The notes beneath the pieces were generated by a model. It saw nothing but the letters and a program-made list of their open reading frames with translations, was not told where the DNA came from and ran no database searches. From Octopus sinensis (lineage: Eukaryota), in contig NC_043020.1 in the NCBI RefSeq assembly GCF_006345805.1, positions 14,880,001 to 14,944,000 of the forward strand: a stretch of DNA of 64,000 nucleotides, given 5' to 3'. Below are positions 63,051 to 64,000 of the stretch, piece by piece (positions within the stretch are counted from its first letter, which is position 1; each line of letters starts with the position of its first letter). Position numbers and translations under genes: made by a program.

Positions 63051-63394
63051 AATAGAATATAAAAGCTTTCACTATGGAATATAACTATGGAAGACTGGTG
63101 GGAATATAATCTATATAGGCTTCAAGGGCAAGATGATAATGTAGGAATTAGTTGACACAGTTGGATTGAATGGTACTGCCCAGATATCGAAACCATACTG
63201 ATATCCGCTGAGCAGCTGATGATGGAGGTGCATTGGATTGTTGGTATGGTTGTTATTGTATGTGGAGAATAGTTCTATAAGACATCCATTTGATATCTTA
63301 TCTACCTATCTATCTATCTGTCTGTCACTTGATTGATTGATCGATTCATCCATCCAGAGAGAGAGAGAGAAGAATTGCTATTTCAAATGAGAGA

Positions 63395-64000
63395 GAGTTC
63401 TGCTCTGGTGTTCTATAGAAAGTTAGTGGCAGGCAAGTATGACGATGTTCTTGTGGAGACTGGGTGTTGATGAGAATCAACTGGCTGGTCTGTTCTGGTG
63501 GGCTTTTGGGCTGGGGTCTATGGATAAGTTACAGAAATCCTTGGCCTGGCATTGCTGGTTCTGAATAAACTCCACAGGTATGGAAGTGTCATCAGCCAGG
63601 CTTGCCCAAGATGCATGTAGGATGACGAAACTGTTCTGCATGCTCTTGTCCAATGCCCAAGCATTGCTGATTTGTGGGTTTATGTTGAACACCTGCTGTC
63701 ACATGGACTGATCCAGCTATTGGCTGAGTCCTTTGTGAAAATTGTCCCCCACCTTCCTTTGGTTGGGAAGGGCAGGCAGTGTTTCTTTGCCTGGTGGCAT
63801 TAGTGAAAGAGGTTGTGTGATGGACCAGATTGAAAAGGTTGAAGATAGATACTTTCCTCTTTGGCCAAGCCCTCAACTTTTTTAAGTTTCACTTGAAAAA
63901 GAAAGTGAAGGTAGAGAGGGAAGTGCTGCTTCCAGCAAGGTGGGTGAATGTTGCAAAAATGGTCCCAGTGAATGGGTCTACTTTAAGCATGCACCTGTAG
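63395..64000 (+). mobile_element. Degenerate L1/Tx1-clade LINE ORF2 C-terminus
   Basis: ACPRCM*DDETVLHALVQCPSIADLW zinc knuckle; frame ends STLSMHL* at 64000. Confidence 0.8.

Noticed and set aside
63477-63876. Minus-strand ORFs as host exons
   Set aside because: Antisense to the Tx1/L1 fragment on the plus strand

Overview
Repeat-dense eukaryotic genomic DNA, almost certainly a coleoid cephalopod (Octopus-like). This is inferred from its tRNA-derived SINEs with internal (TA)n/(TG)n tracts and RTE-type (ATG)n-tailed repeats. No long intact host ORF is present; most ORF-track entries are SINE or microsatellite artefacts. Transposon content: a near-complete D34D mariner plus two decayed mariners; piggyBac, pogo, hAT, Merlin-like and Helitron non-autonomous elements; RTE, CR1 and Tx1/L1 LINE fragments; and relics of three RLE-type retrotransposon clades (Hero, CRE, R4/Dong). 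A CpG-rich region at ~18-21.6 kb ends in a promoter-like cluster of RFX X-box, forkhead, E-box and CRE motifs. A few small candidate exons (low confidence) lie on both strands. The most notable hidden signals are: (1) three different minimal type I hammerhead-ribozyme motifs in Penelope-like relics beside (TA)n tracts (canonical core with a 77-nt stem II loop, a U4C core variant, and a G3:C8 covariant present twice in a 282-bp palindrome); (2) SINE multimers with a recurrent junction; (3) a perfect 193-bp locally templated insertion; (4) several long fold-backs. All alignments and folds were done by eye, so repeat boundaries are approximate.
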